From NCBI RefSeq assembly GCF_963921235.1, contig NC_086097.1, positions 4,898,001 to 4,962,000 of the forward strand: a DNA stretch of 64,000 nt. The letters are read 5' to 3'. The translations under genes and the position numbers were made by a program. The DNA is from Mobula hypostoma. Lineage: Eukaryota. Below the pieces are notes generated by a model. It worked only from the letters and a program-made list of their open reading frames with translations, made no database searches and was not told the origin of the DNA. This document shows positions 25,017 through 38,184 of the stretch, piece by piece; the stretch's first letter is position 1, and every line of letters starts with the position of its first letter.

Positions 25017-25530
25017 GGGGTATCCAGGGAGGGCTAGCTCTTCTGGTGAAGTGGCTTGTGTCCAACCTGGGCAGCTCACTCACCTTTGGGCCCCACCAGA
25101 CACTCAGCTCTCACCTGAGGCTCCAACTATCTAATTGTATGCTACTGTGGCCATACCCAGTACACAGCTTCGATAGGCAGGCTAAGCCATGAGAGGGTAG
25201 CTGAGTGTCTCGTATCCCGGTGAGGTATGTTCACGTCTGTCCTAGCACATGAAGTCAACTCTGGCGGACTGGGTGGATGAGATTTGCAGAGAGATCCAAC
25301 GGGCAGGAAGGCAGTTCTGCAACACTCTGTGGAGAGAAAAGGCCATGACATGGCAGCGAAGATGTCATGGACATCCACTCCAATCGAAGAGGACTACTCA
25401 TACCACTGGACCTGAAGTTCTGAGGTCAAGAGAGTGGAACTACCCCAGCACAATGACTTTTCCACTCTAAAAACTGTCCTGCACAGCTCTCCAGTCATTG
25501 TTGGGTACAATGGACAACCACAACTACTTA
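25017..25530 (+). mobile_element. Short non-coding interspersed element (RTE-related?)
   Basis: Second diverged copy at 7700-7890 plus 12719-13020; its ctggtgaaggggctt start resembles RTE-clade 5' UTRs. Confidence 0.6.
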
Positions 25531-25544
25531 CTGCTTCAATAGGT

Positions 25545-26350
25545 TTCAAAGATACATTTAATGTCAGAGAAATGTATACAATATACATCCTGAAATTCTT
25601 TTTGTTTGCAAACAGCTACGAAAACAGAGGAGTGCCCCAAAGAATGTATGACAGTTAAATGTTAGAATCCCAAAGCTCCCCGCAGCCCCCTTCCTATGCA
25701 TAAGCAGCAGCAAGGCAACAATCCCCCACTCCCCCACCAGCAAAAAAGCATTAGCACCCCCACCAAGCACTCAAGCGTGCAGCAAAGCATCAATAAGGAC
25801 ACCGACTTGCAGTACTCCAATGACTACTCGTTCACCCTATAACTCCACATACCACAGGCTCTCTCTCTCCCTAATAAGGGGAAAAGAGGTGTCCCTGTTT
25901 CACAGCAGGAGGGGAGACGTAACAGAACAATTCATTGATTTCTGGTGTTAAAAGTCTGTTGCATCGCTTTTTCCGAGCTCTGTGCCTCTGGGCACACAGC
26001 CAGCAGCCAGCCTGCTGCTTCCGATCTTCCTCATTCTCCTGTGACACATCAGTCGTCATCGGTGGTGGCACCGGCCTTGAATCAGCCCGTCTCCAGAGCC
26101 ACAAAGATCCGGCACCCCGGAGGTGCGCTAGGCCTCTCGGCCACATCATTGACATATCGAAAAGGGCCAGTCGTGAAGCCCTGAGAGCGGGTCCCATTCC
26201 CACAAAGAACCGAAGTCAGAGTGTAACTCCAGGTCAGGGTCTTCAAAAGAACTCTGAAAGGGGGAAAAAGACATATCAAAGATAGAAATAAAGCTGTTTC
26301 TGAAGATGCAAGGAAAAGAGTCGCTGGTCAGTGCTATCATCACTCAGTCC
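25545..26350 (-). mobile_element. Unclassified non-coding retroposon-like element
   Basis: GC-richer block; minus-strand end gacattaaatgtatctttga resembles other LINE-type tails in the window. Confidence 0.4.
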
Positions 26351-26579
26351 GCCTCTTCCTTATTATGGAAGATGTTGCCTTTGTGCTGGACTTTGCTAAT
26401 GAAGGTCACTAAGGCATTATTTCAGAAACTGCTTTGGGGAAATTCGCTTGACATTGATCTGAAAACTTAACCTGTTAATTTGTTTGAACATTGAAACTAA
26501 CAAAATGGAAAAAAAAACTTAATATATCAAGAATAAACAAGAGAAAATCTGCAGATGCTGGAAATCCAAGTAACACACG

Positions 26580-28820
26580 TCAAGTTCAATCTCCTTTACC
26601 AGAGCATTGGAGAGGGATAGGAGCGGACCAGTTAGGAAAACGTTTAGTTGGAGTAGGGGGAAATATGAAGCTATCAGGCAGGACCTTGGAAGTATAAATT
26701 GGGAGCAGATGTTCTCAGGGAAATGTATGGCAGAAATATGGCAGATGTTCAGGGGATATTTGCATGGCGTTCTGCATGGGTACATTCCAATGAGACAGGG
26801 AAAGGATGCTAGGGTACAGGAACCATGGTGTAAAAGGCTGTTGAAAATCTAGTCAAGAAGAAAGGAAAAGCTTAGGAAAGGTTAAAAAAACTAGGTAATG
26901 ACAGAGATCTAGAGGATTATAAGTCTAGCAGAAGGGAGCTTAAGAATGAAATTAGGAGGGCCAGAAAGGGCCATGGGAAGGTCGTGGTGAGCTGTATTAA
27001 GGAAAACCCCAAGGCATTCTACAAGTATGTGAAGAGAAAGAGGATAAGATGTGAGAGAATAGAACCATCAAGTGTGACAGTGGAAAAGTGTGTATGGAAC
27101 CGGAAGAGCTAGCAGGGGTACCTAGTGAATGATTTGCTTCCGTATTCACTACAGAAAAGGACTTTGACTATTGTGGAGATGACTTTCAGTGGACTGAAAA
27201 GCTTGAGCATATAAACATTATGAAAGAGGAAGTGCTGGAGCTTTTAGAAAGTATCAAGTTGGATAAGTCACTGGGACTGGGCAAGATAGACCCTAGGCTA
27301 CTGTGGGAGGCGAGGGAGGAGATTGCTGAGTCTCTGGCAATGATCTTTGCATCATCAATGGAGACAGGAGAGGTTCCGGAGGATTGGAGGGTTGCAAATG
27401 TTGTTCCCTTCTTCCAGAAAGGGAGTAGAGATAGCCCTGGAAATTATAGACCAATGTATTTTAATTCAGTGGTTTGTAATTTGATGGAGAAGATCTTGAG
27501 AGGCAAGATTTATAAACATTTAGAGAGGCATAATATGATTAGGAATAGTCAGCATGGCTTTGTCAAAGGCAGGTTGAGCCTTACAAGCCTGATTGAATTT
27601 TTTGAGGATGTGACTAAATCATTGATGAAAGTACACCAGTAGATGTAGTGTATATGGATTTCAGCAAGGCATTTGATAAGGTACCCCATGCAAGGCTTAT
27701 TGAGAAAGTAAGGAGGTGTGGGATCCAAGGGAAACTTGTTATGTGGATCCAAAACTGGCTTGCTCACAGAAGGCAAAGAGTGGTTTAGATGGGCCCTATT
27801 CTGCATGGAGGTTGGTGACCAGTGGTGTGCCTCAGGGATCTGTTCTGGGACCTCTACTCTTCATGATTTTAGTAAATGACTTGGATGAGGAAGTGGAGGG
27901 ATGGGTGAGTAAGTTTGCTAATGACACAAAGGTTGGAGGTGTCATGGATAGTGTGGAGGGCTGTCAGAGGTTACAGTGGGACATCGATAGAATGCAAAAC
28001 TGGGCTGAGAGGTGGCTCATGGAGTTCAACCCAGATAAGTGTGAGGTGGTTTATTTTGGTAGGTCAAACATGATAGCAGAATTTAGTGTAAATGGCAAGA
28101 CTCTTGACAGTGTGGAGGATCAGAGGGATCTTGGGGTCTGAGTCTATAGGACACTCAAAGCTGCTGCACAGTTTGACTCTGTGGTTAAGAAGGCATATGG
28201 TGTCTTCATCAACCATGGGACTGAGTTCAAAAGCTGAGAGGTAATGTTACAGCTATATAGGACCCTGGTCAGACCCCACTTGGAGTACTGTGATCAGTTC
28301 TGGTCACCTCACTAAAGGAAGGATGTGGAAACAATAGAAAAGGTGCAGAGGAGATTTACAAGGACGTTGCCTGGATTGGGGAGCATACCTTATAAAAACA
28401 GTTTGCGTGAACTTGGCCTTTTCTCCTTGGAGCAACGGAGGATGAGAGGTGACCTAATTGAGGTATATAAGATGATGAGAGGCATTTATCATGTGGATAG
28501 TCAGAGGCTTTTTCCCAGGTCTGAAATGGCTAACACGAGAGGGCACAGTTTTAAGGTGTTTGGAAGTAGGGTCAGAGGAGATGTCAGGGGTAAGATTTTT
28601 ATGCAGAGAATGGTGAATGCATGGAATGGGCTGCCAGCGACGGTGGTGGAGGATACAATAGGGTCTTTTAAGAGTCTCTTTAATAGGTACAGAGATCTTA
28701 GAAAAATAGAGAGCTATGTGTAACCCTAGGTAATTTCTAAAGTAAGTACATGTTTGGCACAGCATTGTGGGCTGAAGGGCCTGTATTGTGCTGCAGGTTT
28801 TCTATGTTTCTATGTTTCTA
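26580..28820 (+). mobile_element. CR1 LINE (second family), 5'-truncated, disrupted ORF2
   Basis: [33 protein letters not shown]; tail gggctgaagggcctgtattgtgctgcaggttttctatgtttctatg. Confidence 0.92.
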
Positions 28821-29064
28821 AATGCTGGAGGAACTAGTTTATCATGTTTAAGTTCAAGTTTAGTTGTCATTCAACCAGTCAAATGAAACAGAGTTACTCC
28901 AGGGCAAAGGTGCAAAGCCCAGTACCAACAGCACACTGCACATACAGCAACTTTAATCATGATAGCAGAAAGTCATACAGTTGGAACAAGTATGTAGTCC
29001 AACTCCCTGAGTATCATGGCCCGTAAATTGATGTTGGCCTGGATCCAAGTTTCTGTGCGTTTGG

Positions 29065-29325
29065 GAGGCACGCGTTACGGTACCGGCGGCCCAGGTTCAA
29101 TTCCCGCCACTGCCTATGAAGAGTTTGTATCTTCTCCTCGTGTCCGCGTGGGTTTCCTCCGGGTGCTCTGCTTTCTTCCCACAGTCCAAAGACGTACCAG
29201 ACGGTCGGTTAATTAGTCATTGGATACTGTTCCGTGATGAGGCTCAGATTAAATCAGGGGATTACAGGGGGGCGTGGCTTGAAGGACCAGAAGAGCCTAT
29301 TCCGTGCTGTATTTCAATAAAAATT
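29065..29325 (+). mobile_element. V-SINE/HE1-like SINE
   Basis: B box GGTTCAATTCC, core gggtttcctccgggtgctc..cccacagtccaaagac, CR1-like tail with AATAAA. Confidence 0.82.
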
Positions 29326-30057
29326 TAAACATATATTGTTTTTATATTCCTAGAATACAGGTGAAGGCTTTATTTTTGGCCCAGCATGCCTGTTCCATGC
29401 TGTATCCCAATAAATCAATAACAAGGAAGCTGCAGTGTGATCTCACACCAGTGCAACTGCAGACGAATGCACTACTTGTCTTTTCTTAGCGTTCTAGGAA
29501 AAGTTCACAAGCTAAAAGCTTATGACCGATTTTCTGTGCATGAACGCTGGCTGACCCACTTTGTATATCCAGTATTTTCCGCGTTGGCTTCAGTTTTCCA
29601 GTACCAGCTGCATTAATTTTTTATTGGATAAACATCTAGGAACTGATTTAATTTGGCCTGGAGAATGCCATGGGACCAATGAGCTTTAAACTACTGTGAG
29701 AACTCCAAGGTAGTTTACTAACAAAGAGAATGTTTATTTCACCCAACTGCTTTGGGGACAATAGTCCTCAGCAAAGTTCCTTGAATAGGGAATGTGATTG
29801 GAAGCATGGGATGTAACTAGAGAAGAAGGCAACTGATCAAAGCACATCTTCAAGTGATTGAGAAGGAAATTTCTGAAAGGAGTGGAATGGCAAGGAATGA
29901 GGAGTTAAGCAGCTGTAAGAGAAGAAGGGAACCCACAGAAGGCAATAACGTTTTGCCTTATACATTTGTTAGTCTCCAACAAATATTTTAGAATATTTTT
30001 ATGTGAAACTGTATATTCCAAAATTAAAGCAGCCACCCCGGTCTGGCTTCTTTTCAG

Positions 30058-30260
30058 AAACACAGGAGATTCTGCAGATGCTGGAAATCCACACACAAGA
30101 TGCTGGAGGAATTCAGTGAGTCAGGCAACATCTATAGAAATGAATAAACAGTCAACGTTTCAGGTCAAGACCCTTAATCAGGACTCAAGAGTTGACTGTT
30201 TATTCCTTTCCTTAGAAGCTGCCTGACCTACAGAATTCCTCCTTCATTTTGTGTGTGTTT
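30058..30260 (-). mobile_element. Penelope-like terminus with degenerate hammerhead (30150-30185) and short inverted partner
   Basis: gattctgcagatgctggaaatcc...cccttaatcaggact followed by reverse-orientation gctgcctgacct..ttttgtgtgtg. Confidence 0.65.
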
Positions 30261-30499
30261 CTTTGGCTTCTTTTCAGGCTTCCCAATTTTGAACTCAGAA
30301 CTTCAAGCAAGAATGAAGCCCAACATTTTCCTTTTTGAATGGACATTGTCAGGCATGGCGCCATGATGTCATTCAACTGCATTTATCCAATGGTGGACAG
30401 CTAACTGAGTTACCTTGAGTGCAACATTAGATGCTTAAGGTCTTGCATTTAAAGCAACTCCATTCACATACAATACTATGCAAAAGTCTTAGGCACATA

Positions 30500-31905
30500 A
30501 AATGAATCAGACCCTTTGGCCCATCTAGTCCATGCCAAACCATTAAAACTGCCTACCCCAGTTGATCTGTGCCAGGACCAAAGCTCTCCATACCCCTATC
30601 ATCCGTGTACCTATTCAAATTGGAATTTTGTATACCTATATCAAATCACCTTTTAATTTTCTATGTTCTAAGGAACAAAGTCTTAACTTATTCAATCTCT
30701 CCTTATAACTCAGGTCCTCCAGACCTGGCAACATCCTTGTAAATTTTCTCTGTACTCTTTGGATGTTATTTACATCTTTCTATTCTTCTGCTTTTACCCC
30801 ATAACCTTTGATGACTAATGAAGAACCTATCAACCTTTGCTTTGAGGCCTTTCAACATTTGATAGGTTTCAATGAGGTCACCTCCTCATTCTTTTAACTT
30901 CCAGTGAGTAGAGGCCCAGACCATCAAACATTTCTTATATAATAAACCTTTCAATCTGGAATCATATGTAATTGGCAGGAGGAGAAGATGGCGGCACGCC
31001 GCGCATACGTAGCTCTCCGGTGAAAAATGATATTGTATCTGTTAAATAGAGGTCGTGGACAATTCTGATTTGATGGAGAATGGACATGAAAGCACAGAGG
31101 AACATCTGGAGAAATTTCTGAAACGCCCGTTCGCGGCTGTCGTTACTGTGTGGTCGGGAATCTTTCGGAGAGTAGGCCTCAAAATCCCCGGCCTTGCCTG
31201 CTTTTGGCAACCGAGAAGGAGGTCGAATCATTCGGACAGAGATGGTGCTCAGTACTCGGTGTCAGAGAGCTGATCAGAGCTCGAAGTTTTCGGATGACTC
31301 AGAGTGGGATTGTGGTCGGCATGGCAGGGAGAGTTTTTCTTCCTTCTCCCATCTGCATGAGATGTGGGACATTTGAGAAACTTCAAACTTTACTGTGCTC
31401 ATGGACTTCTTCATCAAGTTATGGTATTGTTACACTGCTTGTAACTATATGTTATAATTATGTGGTTTTATTAGTTCTTTCAGTCTTGGTTTGTCCTGTG
31501 TTTTGTGATATTACGCCGGAGGAAATAATGTATCATTTCTTAATGCATGCATTACTAAATGACAATAAAAGAGGACTGTGTATCTTCATAACCATATTTG
31601 TGAACCTCCTTTGAACCCCCTCCAATGTCAACACATTCTTTCTTAGATCAGGGTCCTAAAACTGCTCACAATACTTCAAGTGAGGCCTCTCTAATGCTTT
31701 ATAAAGCCTCAATATTCTATCCTGGCTTTTATATTTTAGTCCTCTTGAAATGATTGCAATTGACTTCCCCAACACAGACTCAACCTGCAAGTTAACCTTC
31801 AGAAAATCCTGCACTAAGACTCTCTTTGCACTTGACAATTTTTGTATTTTCTCTCCATTTAGAAAATAGTCTACGCTTTTATTTCTTCTACCAAAGTGCA
31901 TGACT
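30500..31905 (-). mobile_element. Degenerate CR1 3' fragments, interrupted at ~30976-31590
   Basis: MHFGRRNK..LYKALERPHLKYC in ORF 31656-31901. Confidence 0.75.
30976..31590 (+). mobile_element. ~600-bp non-coding retroposon inserted in CR1
   Basis: Begins near aagatggcgg, ends aaatgacaataaaa like the Rex tail at ~5070; host CR1 resumes on both sides. Confidence 0.55.
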
Positions 31906-32661
31906 ATCTGTAAATCTCTCCACTCTTCCCTTAAACCAATCCTGCTCGTTTTGATTCCCCAATGATGGGGAAAACAAACTCAAGGTCTCACTGCTTGCAA
32001 GCACAGGGTGCTTCATTTGCTGAGGAGCTGCGACTGCAATCAGACATTTGTGCAATCAACAAACAGCAAACAGATTGGGCGCAGGAAGTAGGTGACTTTG
32101 TCCTTTGAGTCAGAACAGCTGTGATTGAAACTGAGCACATTACAATTACGAGTGACCATCCCACTTCTGACCTTGCATTGAAAGAATGATCATCGATAAA
32201 GTACCTCCCAGCAAAAGATCAGATGTGGGGCTGTTGGCGGTGGGCCGCAGTATTTTCAATTCTATCTGCAATACTTCCGGCTCAAGGAGCAGAACTGGTT
32301 CTTTCTGCTCCAGATTGTACGTTTGTGACCTTGCCTGCTGACTGCACAGGGAATCAGAGTCACTGACACACAGTACGTTGTAAAACCTATTGTTTTGCTG
32401 AAGTAGTACAGAGAAATATTATCATAAGTGACAACACGGAATTCATTAAAATAGCACTAAAAGAAAGCAAACTACTGAGGAAGTGTTCATGAGGTCATGA
32501 ACCATTCAGAAATCTGATGGTGGAGTGGAAGAAATGATCAGAATCAGAACCAGTTTTAATATCACTGACATAAGTCAAATTAAATGAGTAAGGCAAAAAG
32601 AGGGAAAAATACTAAGGAGGTGCACGTGAGTTCATCGTCCATTCAGAAATCTGGTGCTGGA

Positions 32662-33323
32662 GGGGGAAAGCTAATGGCATGCTGGCCTTCATAACAAGGG
32701 GAATTGAGTATAAGAGCAAAGAGGTCCTTCTGCAGCTGTACAGGGCCCTGGTGAGACCACACCTGGAGTACTGTGTGCAGTTTTGGTCTCCAAATTTGAG
32801 GAAGGACATTCTTGCTATTGAGGGAGTACAGCGTAGGTTCACAAGGTTAATTCCCAGGATGGTGGGACTGTCATATGTTGAAAGATTGGAGCGACTGGGC
32901 TTGTATACTCTGGAATTTAGAAGGCTAAGAGGGGATCTTATTGAAACACATAAGATTATTAAGGGATTGGACACACTGGAGGCAGGAAGCATGTTCTTGC
33001 TGATGGGTGAGTCCAGAACCAGAGGCCACAGTTTAAGAATAAGGGGTAGGCCATTTAGAACGGAGTTGAGGAAAAACTTTTTCACCCAGAGAGTGGTGGA
33101 TATACGGAATGCTCTGCCCCAGAAGGCTGTGGAGGCCAAGTCTTCGGATGCTTTCAAGAAAGAGATGGATAAAGCTCTTAAAGATAGCAGAATCAAAGGT
33201 TATGGGGATAAGGCAGGAACTGGATACTGATTGTGGATGATCAGCCATGATCACAGTGAATGGCGGTGCTGGCTCAAAGGGCCGAAAGGCCTACTCCTGC
33301 ACCTATTGTCTATTGTCTATTGA
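32662..33323 (+). mobile_element. CR1 LINE 3' fragment
   Basis: Open 183-aa RT C-terminus; (CTATTGT)n tail. Confidence 0.92.
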
Positions 33324-33435
33324 AATCCATTCAGAAATCAGATGGCAGAGGCGAAGATGCTGATTCTGAATCATTGACTGTGTGTCTCCAGGCTCCTTTA
33401 CCTCCTCCCTGATGGTAACAATGAGAAGAGGTGCT

Positions 33436-34425
33436 TTGGCAGGATAGATTAGAAGACTCATCTAGGGAGGCTATTTGGGTGGAATTGAGGAATGGGAAAG
33501 GTGTAGTAACGCTTATAGATGTGTATTATAGACCACCTAAAGGGGAGCGAGAATTGGAGGAGCAAATTTGTAAGGAGGTAGCAGATGTTTGTAGTAAGCA
33601 CAAGGTTGTGATTGTGGGAGATTTTAATTTTCCACACATAGACTGGGAAGCCCATTCTGGAAAAGGGCTGGATGGTTTGGAGTTTGTAAAATGTGTGCAA
33701 GATAGTTTTTTGCTGCAATACACAGAGGTACCAACTAGAGAAGGGGCAGTGTTGGATCTCCTGTTAGAGAATGAGATAGGTCAGGTGACGGAGGTATGTG
33801 TTGGGGAGCACAGTTTCAATATAATTATGGAGAAGGATGGGACTGGACCCAGGGCTCAGATTTTTTATTGGAAAAAGGCTAACTTTGAGGAGATGCGAAA
33901 GGATTTAGAAGGAATGGATTGGGACAATTTGTTTTATGGGAAGGATGTAATAGAGAAATAGAGGTCATTTAAAGGTGAAATTTTGAGGGTACGGAATCTT
34001 TATGTTCCTGTTAGGTTGAGAGGAAAGGTTAAAAGTTTGAGAGAGCCATGGTTTTCAAGGGATATTGGAAACTTGATTCGGAAAAAGAGAGAGATCTACA
34101 ATAAATATAGGCAGCTTGGAGTATATGAGATGCTCAAGGAAGATAAAGAATGTAAAAAGAATCTTAAGACTTTTCCACTTTTGTATTCCTTAAAAGCACC
34201 AGTACTTCCACTTCTTTAATCACTATACTTTCCATAACTCCCCTTCTTGTTTCCCTTACCTTACACAATTCAATATCCTTCTCCTTAGTGAATACCGAAG
34301 AAAAGAAATTGTTCAAAATCTCCCCCATCTTATATGGCTCCGCACATAGCCATCCACTCTGATTCTCTAAGGGACCAGTTTTATTCCTCACTATCCTTCT
34401 GCTATTAATATAACTGTAGAAACCC
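33436..34425 (+). mobile_element. CR1 ORF2 fragment (endonuclease), distal part inverted (~34170-34425)
   Basis: YRPP and VGDFNFP on +; GFYSYINSRR..LNNFFSSVFTKE on -. Confidence 0.85.
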
Positions 34426-34426
34426 A

Positions 34427-34517
34427 TATCAAAGTTGCTGGTGAACGCAGCAGGCCAGGCAGCATCGCTAGGAAAAGGTACAGTTGACGTTTCGGGCCGA
34501 GACCCTTCGTCAGGACT
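34427..34517 (-). mobile_element. Penelope-like terminus with hammerhead motif (34482-34517)
   Basis: Minus strand AGTC-CTGACGA-AGGGTCTCGGCCC-GAAAC-GTC-AACT. Confidence 0.72.
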
Positions 34518-35465
34518 TCCACCTCCTCTAGAATGGTAATAATGAGAAGAGGGGATATCCTGGATGGCAAAGGTCCTTAATGCCTTCTTGAGATACTCCC
34601 TTCTGAAGATATCCCTAGAGCCCACTTGGGGTATCCCAAACTCACACTGCAGCTGGGTATTCCAGGTGACAGGCAAATGGTAATGATATTCTCCTGATGA
34701 AGGGTCTCAGCCCAAAATGTCAATCATTTGTTCATTTCCATGAATGCCTCCAGACCTGTAGAATTCCTCGAACACTTTGTGTGTGTTCCTCTGGACTTCT
34801 AGCACCGGCACAATCTCTTATGTATATTCTTTGCGATGCTACAGAAACGTAATGGTTAGTGCAAAGCTATTCCATCCCAGGGCGTCAGAGTTTGGAATTC
34901 AATTCTGATGCCTTCTGTAAGAAGTTTGTACGTTCTTCCCCTGACCACTTCAGTTTTCTGTGGGTTCTCTGGTTTCCTCCCACGGGATAGTAGGTTAATT
35001 GGACATTGTAAGTTGTCATACACAGCACAAGGCATATATAGCACATACATGATTGTAGTAAATATGCAGTCACACAAAAAATATATATAATATGTACGTC
35101 CCTAAGTCCATAGCTGTTGTTGGCAAGAACAAACCCACAGCAGTCTGCAAATAAGCACAATCCAGCTTGTCGAACACCACTAGGGGCAGCACATTGCCTC
35201 TGAAGTCACCTCTCCTGGGCAGCTGTGACAGATGACACCATGGCATGAGGCCTAGTCTGGCCTGCAACTAACACCATACAGCTCCTCCGTGTAGGTTCCA
35301 CCTCCAAACCAGTGAACCAGATTTGCAGCATGCACTTTACCAATGTCCAACAGGGTCCTAAAGGTCACAAGAAAAATGTCTAAGGCAATCACTGAATCAG
35401 AATCAGGTTTATTATCACTGGCATGTGATGTGATATTTGTTAATTTAGCAGCAGCAGTTCAGTGC

Positions 35466-36486
35466 AGTGACTAGTGGGGTACCGCAAGGCTCCGTGCTGG
35501 GACCCCAGTTGTTTACAATATATATCAAAGACTTAGACGAGGGAATTAAATGCAGCATCTCCAAGTTCGCAGATGACATGAAGCTGGGTGGCAGTGTTAG
35601 CTGTGAGGAGGATGCTAAGAGGATGCAGGGTGACTTGGATAGGTTATTTGAGTGGGCAAATTCATGGCAGATGCAATTTAATATGAATAAATGTGAGGTT
35701 ATGCACTTTGGTGGCAAGAACAGGAAAACAAATTATTATCTGAATGGTGGCCGATTAAGAAAAGGGGAGGTGCAACGAGACTTGGGTGTCATTATACACC
35801 AGTCATTGAAAGTGGGCATGCAGGTACAGCAGGCGGTGAAAAAGGCGAATGGTATGCTGGCATTCATAGCAAGAGGATTCGAGTACAGGAGCAGGGAGGT
35901 ACTACTGCAGTTGTACAAGGCCTTGGTGAGACCACACCTGGAATATTGTGTGCAGTTTTGGTCCCCTAATCTGAGGAAGGACATTCTTGCCATAGAGAGA
36001 GTACAAAGAAGGTTTACCAGATTGATTCCTGGGATGGCAAGACTTTCATATGATGAAAGACTAGATCGACTAAGCTTATACTCTCTGGAATTTAGAGGAT
36101 TAAGGGGGGATCTGACTGAAACGTATAAAATTCTAAAGGGATTGGACAGACTAGATGTAAGAAGATTGTTCAGAACGAAGGGTCACAGTTTGAGGATAAA
36201 GGGGAAGACTTTTAGGACCGAGACGAGGAAAAACTTCTTCACACAGAGAGTGGTGAATCTGTGGAATTCTCTGCCACAGGAAACAGTTGAGGCTAGTTCA
36301 TTGGCTATACTTAAGAGGGAGTTAGATATGGCCCTTATGGCTAACGGGATCAGGGGGTATGGAGGGAAGGCTGGTACAGGGCTCTGAGTTGGATGATCAG
36401 CCATGATCATACTGAATGGTGGTGCAGGCTCGAAAGGCCGAATGGCCTTCTCCTGCACCTATTTTCTATGTTTCTATGTTTCTATA
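35466..36486 (+). mobile_element. CR1 LINE 3' fragment, same family as the 15.5-20.1 kb copy
   Basis: 306-aa open RT C-terminus with FADD; (TTTCTATG)n tail. Confidence 0.94.
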
Positions 36487-38184
36487 ATCTAGCAGAGAGA
36501 GAAAAACATAATAATAAATAAAACAAAAATAATAACAAATAAATAAATAAATACATAAATTACAGTATACATATATTGAATAGATTTTTAAAAACGTGCA
36601 AAAACAGAAATACTATATATTAACAAAAGTGAGGTAGTGTCTAAGGGTTCAACGTCCATTTAGGAATCGGATGACAGAGGGGAAGAAGCTGGTCCTGAAT
36701 CACTGAGTGTGTGCCTTCAGGCTTCTGTACCTCCTACCTGATGGTAACAGTGAGAAAAGGGCATACCCTGGGTGCTGGAGGTCTTTAATAATGGACACTG
36801 CCTTTCTAAGACACTGGCTGTTAGACTGCACACCACGTTCGCTCACCGACTCCAATGCCTCTCTGTAACAGGCAGCAACAGGGTCTGCACCAAGGCAACT
36901 TCTCCAGCTTTCCACTATCGAGTAACTCACTGAAGGGGTAGACCTGGAGTACTCGAAGTTCTTAATGTCCAACACTGCCTTGTAATCATAAAAAACGTTT
37001 AAAAAAGACAATAACAACTTTGGCTGGCCCTGTAGAGGCCGCTGTGTCTGAGCACTCCACCATCTTACAGGATTAAGGTGAGGCATACCGATCGACCTGG
37101 GTCCAGTGTTTTCACTGGCTGCATTACATGCCCTACCCACAGGCAGAGATGTCATTTGTCAGCAGTCCCACCTCTGGTCCTATCCACTTGGCAGTGAACC
37201 CTGCCTTTCCAGGCAGCTCCCTCACCATGACTTGGTTAGCCGGCTGTGGCAGGACTATCTGTTTTCCCTCTGGGTCAGTCCAGTCAGCAATAACTTGCTG
37301 TTCTCTTTCCCCTCCCTATTCTGGCATCTTCTCTCTTCCTTTCCTGTCCTGAAGAAGGGTCTTGGCCCGAACCGTCGCCTGCTTGTTATTTTCCATAGAT
37401 GCTGCCTGGCGTGCTGAGCACCTCCAGCAGTTTGTGTGAGTTGCTCTGGATTCCCAGCACCTGCAGACTTTGTCGTGTTTATTATAAGTTTCTGCTGTCT
37501 GGCTTGGTCCCTCGAAGTTTTATCCTGGTTACAGTAGCCCTTCATAGTCCACTAATGTAGCTTTAATCGACACGGTTTGTGTAGTGGACTCTAATTCACA
37601 TATGAAGTGTTTCTAGTGTTTCTGGACTCTCCCTTTTTGTTGCTATTTTTGGGCGACTTGGAGTCGGGGTGCCCTGCAGATAGGGAACACTGTGCTGAAC
37701 TGAAATAAACCTTTCGATTTTGTGTTTTATGTTCTGTTTTTTCACTCTTTTTTTTGTTGCTGTTTGCGCACTTTGTTTTTTTTTGCACGTAGAGGGCATG
37801 GGGTGGGGGGGTGCAGGTTGATGCTTTTTCATTGAATGGGTTCCACGATTCTTCTTTGTTTTGTGACTGTCCGTGGGAAGACGAACCTCAGGGTTGTACA
37901 TGGCATACATACTTTGATCAAAAATGTACTTTGAATACTTTGATACACTTTCTCTACACTTCCAGTTTCTCTGGTCTCCTGTTCTTCTGTGATCTACCTG
38001 CTCATCCTCTTTCTGCTATGCCTTTACTTCAATCCCTGTTACCTCTGCAAGCATCTGCCCCACTTCTAACACTTCTAGCTTGAGTTTGACTCCCACCCCG
38101 TGGGGTCTCCTGACATGATATACACACTTTGTCCTATGTCTGTGTGTTGCTCATGTTTGCTGACTATAACTTATTGATATCACC

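Noticed and set aside
29065..29115. tRNA gene
   Set aside because: The B box belongs to a SINE head; no full cloverleaf
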